Shown: positions 24,281 to 51,912, numbered from the stretch's first letter. The stretch is DNA of 64,000 nucleotides from the human T2T-CHM13v2.0 reference genome, Homo sapiens (GCF_009914755.1 NC_060926.1), one strand, 5' to 3'. Made by a program: numbers and translations. Notes: generated by a model from the sequence alone, not told the origin.

Positions 24281-25269
24281 ATTTAAAATTAAAAAAATAA
24301 AGTTTATTGATTTAAAAGTATGTGTATTCTTGTGCTCCACCCCTGGATTCAATAATTCAGAGATGACTGGAACTCTAAATTATTGTATGAGGTAGGGAAT
24401 TCACACAACACTTTGAGAAATACTGCAGATTTAGAGTAATGTAAGGTTCCACAGAAATTGGAGGTCCTAATGAATGACAATATGAGTATGTTAGCAATAG
24501 TGACTTATTCAGGCTGTCTCAAGTAATGGAGATTTATTACAAGGCTGTGTGAGTCAATAAGAGACAGAAGATTCCCACAGAAATCCTAGAGCAGTAATCA
24601 AAGCACAGACAAGTCCCATGCAGACAGAAATCACAGGATCCATCTCTAAAACCAGATTATTTTGGTAATCCCTCAGTTGCAGTTTGGAGACTCTTTAAGA
24701 GTGGTATTCCACCCTTAACATGATTCGGCTATTCTCTTGATCTCTACTTCCCTTGGGGGCATTTTCCCCTACTTCTGTCATTGCCAACTAAATTTTCTTC
24801 ACATTTCCCAGTTCTGATGGCCAAACTCAGAAAGAATCCTATTTCTTTGTCATCATTTGTCACCTCCTGCTTGGGCAGCTTAGCTGCCTTTGGTCCACTG
24901 CAAAGCAGAAGAGGAATACAAGGTAATATGGAATAAAACTTCCATACTCAAGAAATAGCCCAGTCACTCTGCTTGGCTGGAAGTGTGGCCAGGGCAGTTT
25001 CTCATAGATTTGAGGGTGTGGCAGGCATTCCAATGTTTCCTGACTAATACTTGAAAGAGAAAGATACAACCTGAGGGTTGAGGGCTAATCATCTTTGTGC
25101 CAGTGATGCTAGTGATTTAGTTATTGAACACAGTAATTTCCAAAATACCTACTGAATCAGAATATCTAGGGCAGGTATCTAGGAATCTTTAAAATCATGA
25201 AGTGATAGAATCATTTTCCATGTGAGCTTGGAAGATAATTGAAGGGTTTTTGTTGTTGTTGACATTCTC

Positions 25270-25574
25270 TTTCTTTTTTTATTTTTATTTTTGAGACAGT
25301 GTCTTGCTCTGTCATCCAGGCTGGAGTCCAGTAGCACTATCTCGGCTTACTGCAACCTCCGCCTCCCTGGTTCAAGCAATTCTCTTGCCTAAGCCTCCTG
25401 AGTAGCTGGGACTACAGGCATGTGCCAACACACCAAACCAATTTTTTTTTTTTTTTTAGAGACAGGGTTTTGCCATGTTGGCCAGGCTGGTCTTGAAATC
25501 CTGACCTCAGGCAGTCCACCCGCCTCAGCCTCCCAAAGTGCTGGGGTTACAGGCCTGAGCCACCGTGCCCGGCC
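25270..25574 (-). mobile_element. AluS
   Basis: Antisense Alu. Confidence 0.9.
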
Positions 25575-27086
25575 TTGTTGATATTCTCTCTTCAAGGGAC
25601 CAGAGTGTTAAATATTTTTAAAAGCCTTCATTTCCTATTTTATGTTAGTATTATTGTTATAGAGAACAGAAAAAAAAGTTGCTGGACTAATATAAATTTA
25701 AAATGTTTTAAATTTATAAATGTATAGTTTTTAAAAAAAATTACATTTATAAATTTATTTGAAGAGTTTACTGTGAAGTCAATAATTAAAAGCTAGTTAA
25801 ATGTAAGCATTTGTTTAATGCTTCGGTTTCTAGTTTTCTGTCTAGGAGGTAATATGCCCAAGATTCTTTTTGAAAGTATCTGGCCAGTGTAGGACAACAA
25901 GACAATCTTTCAAGGCTCCAGGCTAGTTAACTGTTTCTCTGCTTTGCATTGACTCAAATTCTAAGAGCAAGACTGTGGTAAAATACAAAGGGAGAAACTA
26001 AACACACAAAAAGCAAAAGCAGGAGAGAGAAGAGGCTAGAAAGGAATGTTGAAGGAAGCAAACCATGTGCAGGGTAGGCTAATGATTCTGTAGTAAGAAA
26101 TGCCCTCCAATTCTCAAGGACTTAGAACAGAGATTTCTTTTCCACTTATGCTACACTGGGACACTTGGTCATCATGGCAGAGAGAAAGCAGAACATAGCG
26201 AACCACTGGCTCTCCAAACTCCTGCCAGGGAGTTCACACACGTCCTGTTCACTCACATTTTACTGGTCAAAGCAAATTACATGACTGATTTCCTCAGGAA
26301 GGGGATATATAATCCCCGTTTAGGAGAAGCACCACATAAAGGGTACCAAATATGAGTCAGTAGTAGACAGAATACCTCATAAAGACCACAGTCTTATATG
26401 GGATTATTTAAAATTACATTTAACCTTATTTCAGCATGACTACTTTGACCAAATTATTTGCTGTCCCCAGCTTCAGCATAGGACATAAGAAAGTGAAATA
26501 ACATCAAGTGCTACTGCGGCCACTGTTGTATGAATATGAGCGTAGTTTTGTGCCAACCTGTCCTCGAGATATTCTCTCTTATCTCATTGGCTCAACTTGA
26601 AGCGTGTTCCCTTTACTGAGGGGAATATTAGGCACTGATTTGCTTAGACAAATGAGCAAAAATCTCTATGAACACATTTTTCTACAGCTAGAACAATTTC
26701 CCCTTGATAGAATTTCATTGACTTTTCAGATAGGAAGTCATGTGGTGTCATGTGGGGCTTCTGCTTTATAAATGCTAAACATTTCTAGTATGATGTTAGT
26801 TCAGTCTTATGGACATTGTAGCTGTGTCTCCCAACTTGTGTTGCAGCCATGTGATTATAGGGTAGGGGATGATTGAGTTCTTATTTTCAGAGATTACCTC
26901 TGATTTGCTTATTTAATCAGGCAGTTCTATGGCTCTTTTCACAATAATTGCCAGGTCTAAGCAAATCGGTGCCTACTATTCCCCGGGCTAAAGGGGAATA
27001 TGCCCAAATTGAGCCAGTGAGATATGAGAGGTTACCTGGGGGACTCTGAAAAAGAAGGTCCTGAATCCTTGTGAGAGAACTACCAG

Positions 27087-27198
27087 GTAGATAACCACCC
27101 ATCGTGGTTTGCCTGGGACTGCAACATTTCCCTGAACATAGAAATTTCAGTGCAAAATCCAGGACAGTCTGGGCATACTGTGATAATTTGTCACAATA
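27087..27198. mobile_element. MER81-like hAT MITE
   Basis: tggtttgcctgggactg...tttcagtgcaaaatccaggacagtctgggca. Confidence 0.55.
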
Positions 27199-27352
27199 GC
27201 TACCGGAACTGAACGCTTTCTTTCCTTCTGGGCACTGTTATGTGCAGATGTGAAGCTTGTGACTTCTGAGGACATTTTGCCATAAAGAAGGAAGCTAGCC
27301 TTATAATGAAGTTCACAGAGCAGTAAGCTACTAGAAAAATGAAATTGGGTAC

Positions 27353-27766
27353 AGTATTAGGCCATTCTTGTGTTGCTATAAAGAAATACTTGAGACTGGG
27401 TAATTTATGAAGAAAAGAAGTTTAATTGGCTCACGGTTCTGCAGGTTTCACAGGATGCATGGTGCCAGTATCTGCTCAGCTTCTGGGGAGGCCTCAGGGA
27501 GCTTTTACTCATGGTGAAAAGCAAAGAGGGAGCAAGCATGTCACACGTCAAAAGCAAGAACAAGAGGGAGTGGCAGGGTGGGGAGTTCTACACACTCAAA
27601 CAACCAGATCTTGTGAGTTCTCACTCACTATTGCAAAGATAGCACCAAGCCATGAGGAATCCACTTCCATGACCAAACACCTCCCCTCCCACCAGGCCCC
27701 ATCTCCAACATGTGGGTTACTTCTCAACATGAGATTTGCACGGGGACAAATACCCAAACTATATCA
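27353..27766 (-). mobile_element. MSTA/MSTB solo LTR
   Basis: MST consensus with 5-bp TSD ggtac on both sides. Confidence 0.9.
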
Positions 27767-27799
27767 GGTACATTAAGATCTTAAAAATGCCCTGAATCA

Positions 27800-29409
<1,610 letters not shown>

Positions 29410-30353
29410 TAAGTCAAACTCTACCAGGTAACTTATAAATCGTAAATGAATCCCACTCCAAATTTCTGAATTATTCCAGTTTTTATGTGACATTTTTGAT
29501 GGGATAAATGAGCATTAGTAGTAAATGTGCTATATTGAAAGAGAAACACAAAAAATGGGAGAATGAACATGAATGTATTATTTTTCTAATATATTGAGTG
29601 TGGGAGTCTTAAACCTTCCAATTATTAAAAGGGTCAATGATGGATCCAGTAGTTTAAATTATAATGTTAATATTTGGGCCTGGAAATATATTTTTAAATT
29701 ATTTATATTCAATCAGCTTTAAAATATTGTAAAACTAGAAAACTGTAATTCAAATTATCTTCTTGTAACATCACTGCTTTAGGAAGTTTCTAGTTCCAAG
29801 TAAGATGGAGTGAGCAAATCCCAACCTATCTCTCCTACTGAATGTAGCTATTAACCTGGAAAGAATGCATGGCTCCCAAACTTGAGGACTGAAAAGTAAA
29901 TCGAAACAGAAAGGTTGGAGAAGAAGGCATGAATATGAAGTACCACTGAACATGCAGAGAGCTTACCATTTTTTCCCCTCTGATATCCCTAGTCTGGACT
30001 TGTGCAGCCCAAAAGCCTGAAGTCCAAATCAGTGTGGACAGAAAGAGCTCCAGGAGAAGGCTTCTAGATCTGGCTTGAGGGGTGGAAAAAGAGTTTCCTA
30101 ATATACAGACAAAGTGGGGGAAATCTCATGTGCTTTGTTTTTTGTTTTGTTTTGTTTTTCTTTTCTCCATTCTCTAGCACCCAAACCTCAAGTAATCCTA
30201 TAAAAGCAGAAGTGAAAATGACATTAATGGTAAGAGGAGCAGGCAGGTGCCTAAAACTTTGAGAAAAGAGAACTTTCCTCTCTGATCAGAGGTGCTGTGT
30301 TCCCAAAAATCAGAGTAGGGTAAATGGCAAACCCCCACTGCTTTCTTTTTTCA

Positions 30354-30602
<249 letters not shown>

Positions 30603-31201
30603 TCAGGAGGCTGAGGTGAGAGGATCTCTGGAGCCCGGAGGTCAAGGCTGCAGTGAGCTGAGATTGCACACCTCAGCCTGGGCAACAGAGAGAGACTCTG
30701 TCTCAAAAATAAAATGAAAAACAAAACCCAAGTTTTCTGATCAGAGAACTATAAAAGGGAGCCCCAAGGAATTGGGATAAAACTAGGAAATTGAGTAGAG
30801 GAAGGAGCAAAAGTTTATGATTTCTGAGGTAACTCCCAAGCTGTACATGTGTGGATCTGATCCTCAACACTGTACCACAGGCTGTGAGAACTGAACTACA
30901 CAGTTCCTGCCTCAGACCTTGACTGACCACTGGGTCAAGAACATTCAGGACTGATCCAAATAACACTGCAAAGCCTTTAAAAACAGAACTGATATTAAAA
31001 TTACAACCTAGAGAAGTCTAATTGGAGTTTACAGTCTAATCCCAACCTGACTGATTATGGCTAACACAAAAATGTCAACATTCACTCCAGGATTTAAACA
31101 AAACCTCTAGTCTCGTAGCATAATATTCAAAATATCCAGGATACAATCTAAAATTACTCAGCATTTGAGAAACCAGAAAAATCTAAACTGGGAAAAGATA
31201 A

Positions 31202-31567
<366 letters not shown>

Positions 31568-31948
31568 TAGTCTCAAACTCCAGACCTCAGGTGAGGCTGC
31601 CCACTTCAGCCTCCCAAAGTGCTGGGATTACAGGCGTGAGCCACCACACCTGGCCATGATTTCCTATTTCTATTGTATTCAGTTTTTCCATTTGAGAACT
31701 GAAAAATACAATAGCCAAAATTTAAAACCCACTGGATGGGCTCAGAACAGAATGGAGATGGCAGAGGAAAGAGTCAGTGACCTAGAAGGTACATAATAGA
31801 ATTACTGATCTGAACAACTGAGAGAAAAAATTACTTAAAAAATAGGAAGAACAGAGCCTTGGGGATCTGTAGGATAGTACTAAAATGCCTCACGTAAATT
31901 ATTAGAGTCCCAGAGAGGAGAAAGACTGTGATGTAGAAAAAGGTTTTT

Positions 31949-32682
<734 letters not shown>

Positions 32683-34068
32683 AGGCGTTTGAAGAAATAA
32701 TGCTTGAAAACTTCTCAAATTTGTTGAAAGACAAACATACAGATTCACGAATCCCAACAAATCCCAAAAGGATAAACCCAAAGAAATCCATCCTCAGACA
32801 CGTCATAATCAAACTGCTGGATAAATAAACACACATGAAAAAAAATTTTTTTTAAGAGACAAGGTCTCACTCTGTTGCCCAGGCTCATAGCCTCAACCTC
32901 CTGGTCTGAAGAGATCTTCCAGCCAAAGCCTCTTGAGCAGCTAGGACTACAGGTGGATGCCATCATGCCTGCATGATTTTGTACTTTTTTTTTTTTTTTT
33001 TTTTTGTAGAGGGAGGGTCTCACTATTCTGCACAGGCTGGTCTCCAACTCCTGACCTCAAGTAATCCTCCCACCTCAGTCTCCTAAAGTGCTGGAATTAC
33101 AGGTGTGAGCTACTGCACCCAGCCAAAAAAACTCTTGAAGGAGATTTTTTCCAGGAATCTAGAGGGGAAAAAATGCATTACATAGGGGAAAAATGAAGAT
33201 GGATTTTTTTAATAAAAAATCATGAAGACCAGGAGAGGCAGAGAATTTATAAAGTGCTGAAAGATTTTAATATTCCCCTCAATTTTATAGCCAACAAAAA
33301 TCCTTCAGAATTGAGGTGAAATAAAACAATCTCAGATGAAAGAAAATTAAGAGGATTTGTGGCAAGAAGACCTATGCTTAAAAAAAATAAGTGCTAAAGG
33401 AAGTTTTCAGGCAAAAGGGAAATTATACTAAAAGGGAACTTAGAACATTAGGAATAAAGAGGCTGGGCGCGGTGGCCCACACCTATAATCCCAGCACTTT
33501 GGGAAGCTTAGGCGGACAGATCACTTGAGATCAGCAGTTCAAGACCAGCTTGTCCAACATGGTGAAACCCCATCTTTACTAAAAATACAAAAATTAGCTG
33601 GGCATGGTGGTGCATGCTACTCGGAGGCTGACGTGGGAGAATCACTTGAACCCAGGAGGCCAAGGTTGCAGTGAGCCAAGATCACACCACTGCACTTCAG
33701 CTGGGGCATCAGAGTGAGACCCTGTCTCAAAAAAAAAAAAAAAATGAAGAGCAGCAGAAATGGTAAATATATAGGTAAATATAATGAATTATTCTTCTAC
33801 GCTTGTAGTTCTTTAAAATATGTTTGATGGTTAAAAGCAAAAATTATAACAATGTCTGATAGGGTTTTCAGTGATTACAGATGTCATACATAAGACAGCA
33901 ATAAAATATGGAGGGGAACTATACAGTGGTAATGTTTTTAAATCTCACTTATAGTGGTAATATATTAATTGTAAGTAGATATTGAAAAGTTATATATGTT
34001 GCAATCCCTTGAGCAATCATTTAAAAATTGGACAAAGACATATAGTAAAAATGTCAATACACAGATTA

Positions 34069-34361
<293 letters not shown>

Positions 34362-35390
34362 TCAAAAAAAAGGAATACTAAAAAATGCTCAAATAAAACA
34401 CAGAAGAATTCAGGACAGGGGAAACAAAGGAATGGAAAACAGAGGAACCAAACAGAAAACAAATAATAAAATGGTTGACTGAAACCCATATATCAGTAGT
34501 TATATTAAATGTAAATTACCTCAGTGCACCAACTAAAAACAGAGATTGTCTAAATGAACCTCAAAAAACCCATGACACAATATGCACTGTTATAAGAAAC
34601 TTATGTCACATATGATATAGAGATTAAATGTAAAGGAATGGAAAAAGATATAACATGCAAACTAATCAAAAGGAAACTTGGATGGCTATATGGATATAGG
34701 ACAAGATAAACTTCAGAGCAAAAAAGTGACCAGGGATAAAGAAAGTCATTTCATAGCAATAAAGGAGTCCGTTCATTAAGAGGACATAAGAATTCCAATT
34801 GTTTATGCACCTAACAATAGAGCTTCAAAATACATTAAGCAAAGCCTGTAAGAAGTAAAAGAATAGACAAATCCACAATTATTGTTGGAGAATTCCACAC
34901 TCCAGTCTTGCAAATAGATAAAACAGACAGAAAATCAACAAAAACGTAGAAGAAATATATATGGAAGAATTAAACTTCAAGGTCTAATACAATATAACAC
35001 TTCACCCAACAACAGCAGAATACATATTATTTTAAGGGCACAAGGAGGATTAAAAACGATAGACGATGTACTGGATCATAAAACAAACAATAACCAATTA
35101 AAAAGAACAGAAAATAATACAAACTGTTGTCTAACCATAATGAAATTAGAAATCAATAACAAACAAGATAACAAGAAAATCTCCAAACAGTTGGATATTA
35201 TACAATGCAATTTTAAATAATCCATGGATCAAAGAGGAAGTCTAAAAGAAAATTAGGAAATGTTTTGAAGTTTTTTTAAAAAAGAAAATACAACATATCA
35301 AAACTATGAGATGCAGCTAAAGCAGTGTTTAGAGGAAATTTTATAGCATTAAATGCTTATAATTAGGCCAGGCAGGGTGGCTCATGCCTA

Positions 35391-35684
<294 letters not shown>

Positions 35685-36084
35685 TTATATTAGAAAAGAA
35701 AGCTCTCAAGTCAATTACCTCAGTTTTCATCTTATGAAAACTAGGAAAAGGAAGAGCAAAATAACCCCAAAGCAAGCTGAAGAAAGGAAATAATAAAACT
35801 AAGAGCATAAAAATCAATTAAATTGGAAACAGAAAAATAGAGAAAAATTAAAAATCCAAAAGTTGGTTTTTTGAAATGATCAATAAAATTGACAAACTTT
35901 TAGCAAGACTGACAAAGAGATAATACAAATTACCCATACCCAGACTGAAAGAGGCCATATCACTACAAACTCTACAGACATTAAAAGGATAATAAGAGAA
36001 CAATATAAACAACTTTATACACACAAACCGTATACACATAAACTCAACAACTTAGAAGGAGTGGACCAATTCCTCACCAACCAC

Positions 36085-36483
36085 TGTTAAAAGAAAAACT
36101 TCAGCCAAATTAAATTTAAAGGTGTTTAATTGAGCAAAGAATGATTCGCGAATTGGGCAGCCCTCAAAATCACAGCAGATTAAGAGAGACTCCAGCGCAG
36201 CCATGTAGTGGAAGAAGATTTATGGACAGAAAAAGGAAAGAAAGTACAGAAAACGGAAGCGAGGTACAGAAACAGCTGGATTGGTTACAGTTCAGCATTT
36301 GCCTTATTGGAACACGGTTTGAACAGTTGGCTACATTTGATTGGCCAAAACTCAGTGACTGGCACAGGTGCGGGCTATGGTCAGTTTATACCTCCACTTG
36401 TTATACTTCACGATGTATAGAAAAACCTTTAGGTCGAACTTAAATATTCAAGGAGGCAGCTTTAGGCTAAACTTGATTTAATA
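36085..36483 (-). mobile_element. MER57-like ERV1 solo LTR inserted in L1 ORF2
   Basis: 4-bp TSD ccac; reverse complement starts tattaaatcaagtttagcctaaagctgcctcc. Confidence 0.8.
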
Positions 36484-36660
36484 CCACAAACTACTAAAAT
36501 TCACCCAAAATGAAATAGGAAGGGATGAAGAGGGAACGAACCCCACCTCATTTTATGATGCCATCATTAGGCTGATATTAAAATCAAATACATTACAGAA
36601 AAGAAAGCTACGCATTAATGTACCTTAATGACAGAAAAATCTTCAATAAAATTTAATTCA

Positions 36661-37058
<398 letters not shown>

Positions 37059-37629
37059 TCAATGTCATCTACCTTCTTAACAGCCTAAGGAAGGAAAACT
37101 ACATGATCGTTAATTGATACATAATTACCAATTGTGTATCAATTGAGAAAAATAGAAAAAGGTAAATGCCAATTTATGATTGAAAGAAAATAAAACCACT
37201 CAGCAGACTAGGGATAGAAGGGACTTCCCTCAACATGATAGACGGTATCTTCAAAAAAAACCTACAGCTAACATTATCCTTAGTGATGAAAGGCTGAATG
37301 CTTTCCCCCTAAGATTAGGAACAAGGCACAGCTGTCTACTCTCACCACTCCTACTCAACATGGTTATGGAAGTCCTAGCCAGTTAGCAAGATAAAGAAAG
37401 AAAAGGCACACAGATTAGAAAGAAGGAAAACAACAACAACAAAACCTTTCTTTATTTGCAGATGACATGGTTGTTTACAAAGAAAATCCAAAATAATCTG
37501 TCAAAAAAAATCTAGGACAAATAAGTGAGTTTAGCAAGGTTGCAGGATACAAGTTCAACGTACAAAAATCAATTGTATTTTTTTATTAAATTTTTTTAAT
37601 TTAAAATGTTTAAGTGTTTAGTTATTTTC

Positions 37630-40660
<3,031 letters not shown>

Positions 40661-41039
40661 GAGCTTGAGTAGAATATGCTTCCTGGTGAGGGAAACCATC
40701 TGAGCAAAGGCATGGAGGTGGGAAAACCGAAGGCATATTTGCGGAATGCTGAGAAATCCAACTGGCTGATGTGTAAAGGACACTGTGGGAGAGAAGATGA
40801 AAATTCAAGGCCTGTGGCTAGGCCTTGAATGCCACGCTAATTTGGACACTATGCTCAAGAGCAGTATTGTTCTATTAGGGGATTATAATCTGGACTGTCA
40901 GAAGTTGAATATTAAATGATGAAAAAGTAAGGGAAGGAAATAGATCAGTACATTGAGAAGAGTGGCCCTGAAAGGAGGAAGAGAATGGAGAAATAGCTTG
41001 AAGGAATAGCCGCCTTGAAAGATGGTTTATTTGAGACAT

Positions 41040-41830
<791 letters not shown>

Positions 41831-43468
41831 TGTAAAAGGAGAGTCTTAAACATGCTTGTGGATTGAAAAGAAGGAGCCAGTGGAGACCAAGAGTGAAGAT
41901 CACACAAGGAGAGGGGAAATCATAGTTAGGCCAAATTCTGGAGGAAGTTTCTAGGGGGTAGGATCATCAGTAAAGGGTGAAGTTATTTTTGGAAAGGAAG
42001 AGTGAGGATCAGAAAAATTTTCAGATTGGAAAAATGGAAGGTGATATCAAGTTCTTGGTTCCTTCATCAAAAGAGGAGATCACGTCTTCTGCTGAGATAA
42101 AGGAACCTCTGGGATCAAGAGCTCCGAGAGAGCAGAAAAAATTGGAAGAGCTACTGTGTGATATCACATAGACAATCAGATAAAGCAAAGAACACAATTC
42201 TCTCCAGCTAGGCTTAGCACCCTGGGAGAGTAAGCTGAGAAAGCAGACAGTGGAGCTTACCCAGGGGTGGGGATTGATAAGGCAGATATGAAAGATCAAG
42301 TGGGCAGAGGATTCTGAGATGCTAATGTAATTAAAGTGGCTGGGCATGAAGTCTAGACAGGGCACAAGGGCACCTGAAATTATAAGGAGTAATGAACTGA
42401 GAATATAAAAGGGCGGAACTTCCACAGCAACTATAATCTGTATGACACATCTCACGCTTTATTCATAAGCTCCCTTAGTATCATGAACTTTTTTAGCATG
42501 TATGCTTAGTTGCCCCAGTGAGATAATAAACTCAGGGTAATGACCTGAGTTCATACATTTTGTACCCTCTCAGAAGCTAGCAGTTTGCTTCATAAGGATT
42601 CATTTATTTGTTGAATCAATGAATAAAATCATTCTAGCATTGTGTGTGTATGTTCTACTGTTTTTTTCTTCCTTCACAATAAGCATCTGATTGAAGATAA
42701 AGATCTGCTCCTGTTAGATAGATAGTCAAAGTATTCCATCCCTGCCTCTAAGAGCCAGGGTTTCTGGATGTTTTTAAGAAGTATTATATAATTATTTAAA
42801 AAGGAAAAATACCCGATTGGCTAAAGACAATAAGCCTAATTATGCCTATGTGAAGCGACCTTGAAATAAACCTTTGGTGATTTCTTTTCAATCTGACAAA
42901 AACCAGAATAAAAGTGAAAAGGTTTAGAGGGAAATAGGAGACCAGCATTCTCCTGGAAAATCAGGGGAAGTGGAGGCCTCTATTTAGAGGAATCTTGCAG
43001 AAGCTTAGATCCACAGTGGGGGCTCTGAGAGGAGTGTCTGGTTTTTGAAGATTACTAGTACAAATGGCTCCTTAGCCTGAGTGGGCATCGATGTATCCTT
43101 TACCTGGCACACATTTTCTGTCATTCTGTAAAAAGTAGACCTGTTAAAGTCTATTAAGAAAAAATTGAAAATAAGTTTTTAAACTACTAGATAGAGTCAT
43201 TGACTGTAATGATATATAGGTAGTCCTTCCAATTTTACCACCTGCTCTTCTATGTATTACACATTCACACCCCAAGCCACTTTTCACTCAGTTCAGGTTT
43301 TTCTATATCAGCTGATGAATTGATATTTTGAACTACAGTATGGTGATACAGCCAAAAGTTTCAGTTCAATTTTGGCAGTCACTAGCTTTGGTGATCAGTT
43401 TGTTTATGCAGTTATTTGAATGTTCGATTGCATTTTGCTCCTATTTTATTCATAAAATGAAGGGAAGT

Positions 43469-44315
43469 CAGCAGGCACAATGGCTCATGCCTGTAATCCC
43501 AGCACTTTGGTAGGCCAAGGCAGGTGGATCACCAGAGATCAGGAGTTCTAGACAAGACTGGCCAACATGGTGAAAACCTATCTCTACTAAAAATGCAAAA
43601 ATTAGCCAGGTGTGGTGGCGGGCACCTGTAATCCCAGCTACTCAGCAGGCTGAGACAGGAAAATCGCTTGAACCTGAGAGGCGGAGGTTGCAGTGAGCTG
43701 AGGTCACACCACTGCATACTCCAGCCTGGGTGACAGAGGGAGACTCTGTCTAAAAAAAAAAAAAAAGAAAAAGAAAAGAAAGAAAGTAAAAACGAAAAAC
43801 CGAAGGGCTGATACCAATGATGGCAAGTTTAGTTTTCATACACTTAGTATGATTGAGATAGAAATCATTTTACTATTAAAAAGAAACAGAATTCAGCTAC
43901 AATCAGATGCTGATTTTCCTCATTGAAAAGGAAAAAAAAAAATCATTAGAAGAACACATACAAAGTGCTGGGATTAAATTACCAAAACCTGTACCTGAAA
44001 CTGAGGTGTAATGAGAAATTTTATGCTGGGCACAGTGACTCACACCTGTAATCCCAGCACTTCGGTAGGCTGAGTCAGGAAGACCGTGTGAGCTCAGGAG
44101 TTGGAGAGCAGCCTGGGCGACATGGTGAAAACCTGTCTCTACAAAAAAAATACAAAAACTAGCTGAGCATGGTGGCGTGAGCCTGTATTCCCAGCTGCTT
44201 GAGAGACTGAGTGGGAGGATGGCTTGAGCCCTTTCGGAGGTTGCAGTGAGCCAAGATCACGTCACTGCACTCCAGCCTGGGCGACAGAGTCTCAAAAACC
44301 CATCTTAAAAAAAAA
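43469..44315 (+). mobile_element. AluS (43469-43785) and AluJ (44024-44315)
   Basis: Alu consensus. Confidence 0.9.
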
Positions 44316-45086
44316 GAAATTGAACCCTCAAGGCTACTTCCAAACACAATGCCTTAATCATATTCAAGAGAATAACGATTTTTGCATGTTGGCACAACAG
44401 AGATTTCCATAATGTAACTTTAGACAGCTGTTTTCTCTTAATTAGTTTAGTAGGCCAAATATAAAAGAGTTTGTTTATGCAAACATTTTACAAGAAGTTG
44501 TGAAATCATGACACTGTGTTGTTGTGTGATTGATAAGGTCTTTATGCATTTATTTTGAAGCACAAAAGACTACATAAGTGGATGTCACAATGGGCAACTT
44601 CTTTTCTTCAGTGCCTCCATCAAATGCATAGAAAAGAGGCATGTTCAGCAAACCTGGATATTTCCATAGAGATGTAGGGCAGAAAATGCCAGGATAAATT
44701 TTACAAATCAACTAAACTGATAGTGCCATAAATAAGAACGGAGAAATGAAAATTACATATTTCTCAAGTCTCATACCAAATGCAAATGATGCTTTTTAAG
44801 TGCTTTAAAGACATCCCACTGGAAAATAGATCATGGTTTTATTTGCCTTCTTCCAATTAGAAAGATTGCTGCTTCATTCTGTATGTTGGTCCCCAGAGAG
44901 CTTACAATGGTGAGAGCATGGAAGGCAAAAGAATAGTCATCATCTGGAAAGCAGCTCAAAGTAGATGTTGTACAATGGAGCTCAGGCAAGTTCACAGCAT
45001 CGTAGGTAAAGGAACAGGCTTTACTGGGAAACTTATAAGCTGGGGGTCTGCAAGAGAAGGCATGGGTGATATGCTGGTACCAGGGC

Positions 45087-46487
<1,401 letters not shown>

Positions 46488-46881
46488 GAGTGTTCTGTTG
46501 GACAGGTCATAGTGAGCATTCCAATGAAGGCACATTCCTCCCTTTTTGTTCTCTCTTTTTCAAGACCAAAACTTGAACATTCTTATCCGTGGGGTCCACA
46601 TAGACAATGTGGCATCAGGCTGTCTGGATGTAGATGCCAAGAGTCAGGAGTTATCTGAGAAGGCCAGTTGCCTCTTATCTGGAAGTCTTGGGTGCCCACT
46701 GGAAGTTGCAGCCCTTCCAGCGGGGAGGGAGAAAGTCATGGGAAGCTGAGTTTGAAAGAAACAGGAAGGCACTGGGTTACAGCTCTTTCCTCATCCTGGA
46801 AGCCCAGAGTCATCTTCAGACTCTACTGTTTCACCACTGGCACTGGTCAGTGGCATCATCTTTAATATAAAAAGCCATAAA

Positions 46882-47547
<666 letters not shown>

Positions 47548-47569
47548 TCATTGCCACCTGCTGGAGAAG

Positions 47570-47930
47570 AGAAGACGTGCAGCCAGACACCTGCCGCCTT
47601 GTCAGGCCTGTGTCGCCGCCTCCGCAGCCCGAAATCATCCTGCCCTCCAAGGCACCGCCCTGATGCTCCAGGTGAAGGCTGAAGAATGGTATGTGCGGTG
47701 GGCTCGGGCAGAGGCGGGTTCTCGCCCTTTCCATTCGTGTGAAGTGTGGTGTGTGTGACCTGCACCCATCCCTTTACTGTTGGGGGTGGGCACCCCGGCG
47801 AGCCGCAAAACAGCAGGCGGACTCCCCTACTGGAGAGAAGCCGGGGAAGTGCAATGGTAAGAGAAGCGGCGGCCACACCTGCTGCTGTGAGGATCTGAGC
47901 AGGGTTGGTTTTCTGTTTGTGCGCGCGCGC

Positions 47931-47935
<5 letters not shown>
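47570..47935 (+). promoter_or_regulatory. small CpG-rich cluster, possible promoter/first exon
   Basis: Non-repeat GC/CpG-rich ~360 bp; donors ATG|gtatgt after 47688 and ATG|gtaaga after 47856. Confidence 0.5.

Positions 47936-47968
<33 letters not shown>
47918..47968. repeat. (GC)6(GT)n alternating purine-pyrimidine tract
   Basis: tgtgcgcgcgcgcgcgtgtgtg... Confidence 0.95.
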
Positions 47969-51521
<3,553 letters not shown>

Positions 51522-51536
51522 TTAATCCATAATATT

Positions 51537-51912
51537 TGATATGGTTTGGCTGTGTCCCCACCGAAATCTCATCTTGAATTGTAGTTCCCATAATCCCCAC
51601 GTGTGATGGGAGGGACCCAGTGGGAGATAATTGAATCACGGGGGTGGTTAGTCCATGCTGCTGTTCTTGTGATAGTGAGTGAGTTCTCATGAGATCTGAT
51701 GGTTTTATAAGGGGCTTTTCCCAATTTGCTCAGCACTGCTCTTTCCTGCTGCCATGTGAAGAAGGATGTATTTGCTTCCCCTTCCACCATGATGGTAAGT
51801 TTCCTGAGGCCTCCCCAGCCATGCGGAAGTGTGAGTCAATTAAACTTCTTTCCTTTTTTAATTACCCAGTCTTGGGCAGTCCCTTATAGCAGCATGAGAA
51901 TGGACTAATACA
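51537..51912 (+). mobile_element. THE1 (C/D-like) solo LTR
   Basis: tgatatggtttggctgtgtcccc...ggactaataca; 5-bp TSD atatt. Confidence 0.92.

Noticed and set aside
42529-42551. Short 8-bp inverted repeats (also ~48741-48768)
   Set aside because: Arms are short enough to be expected by chance in 64 kb.
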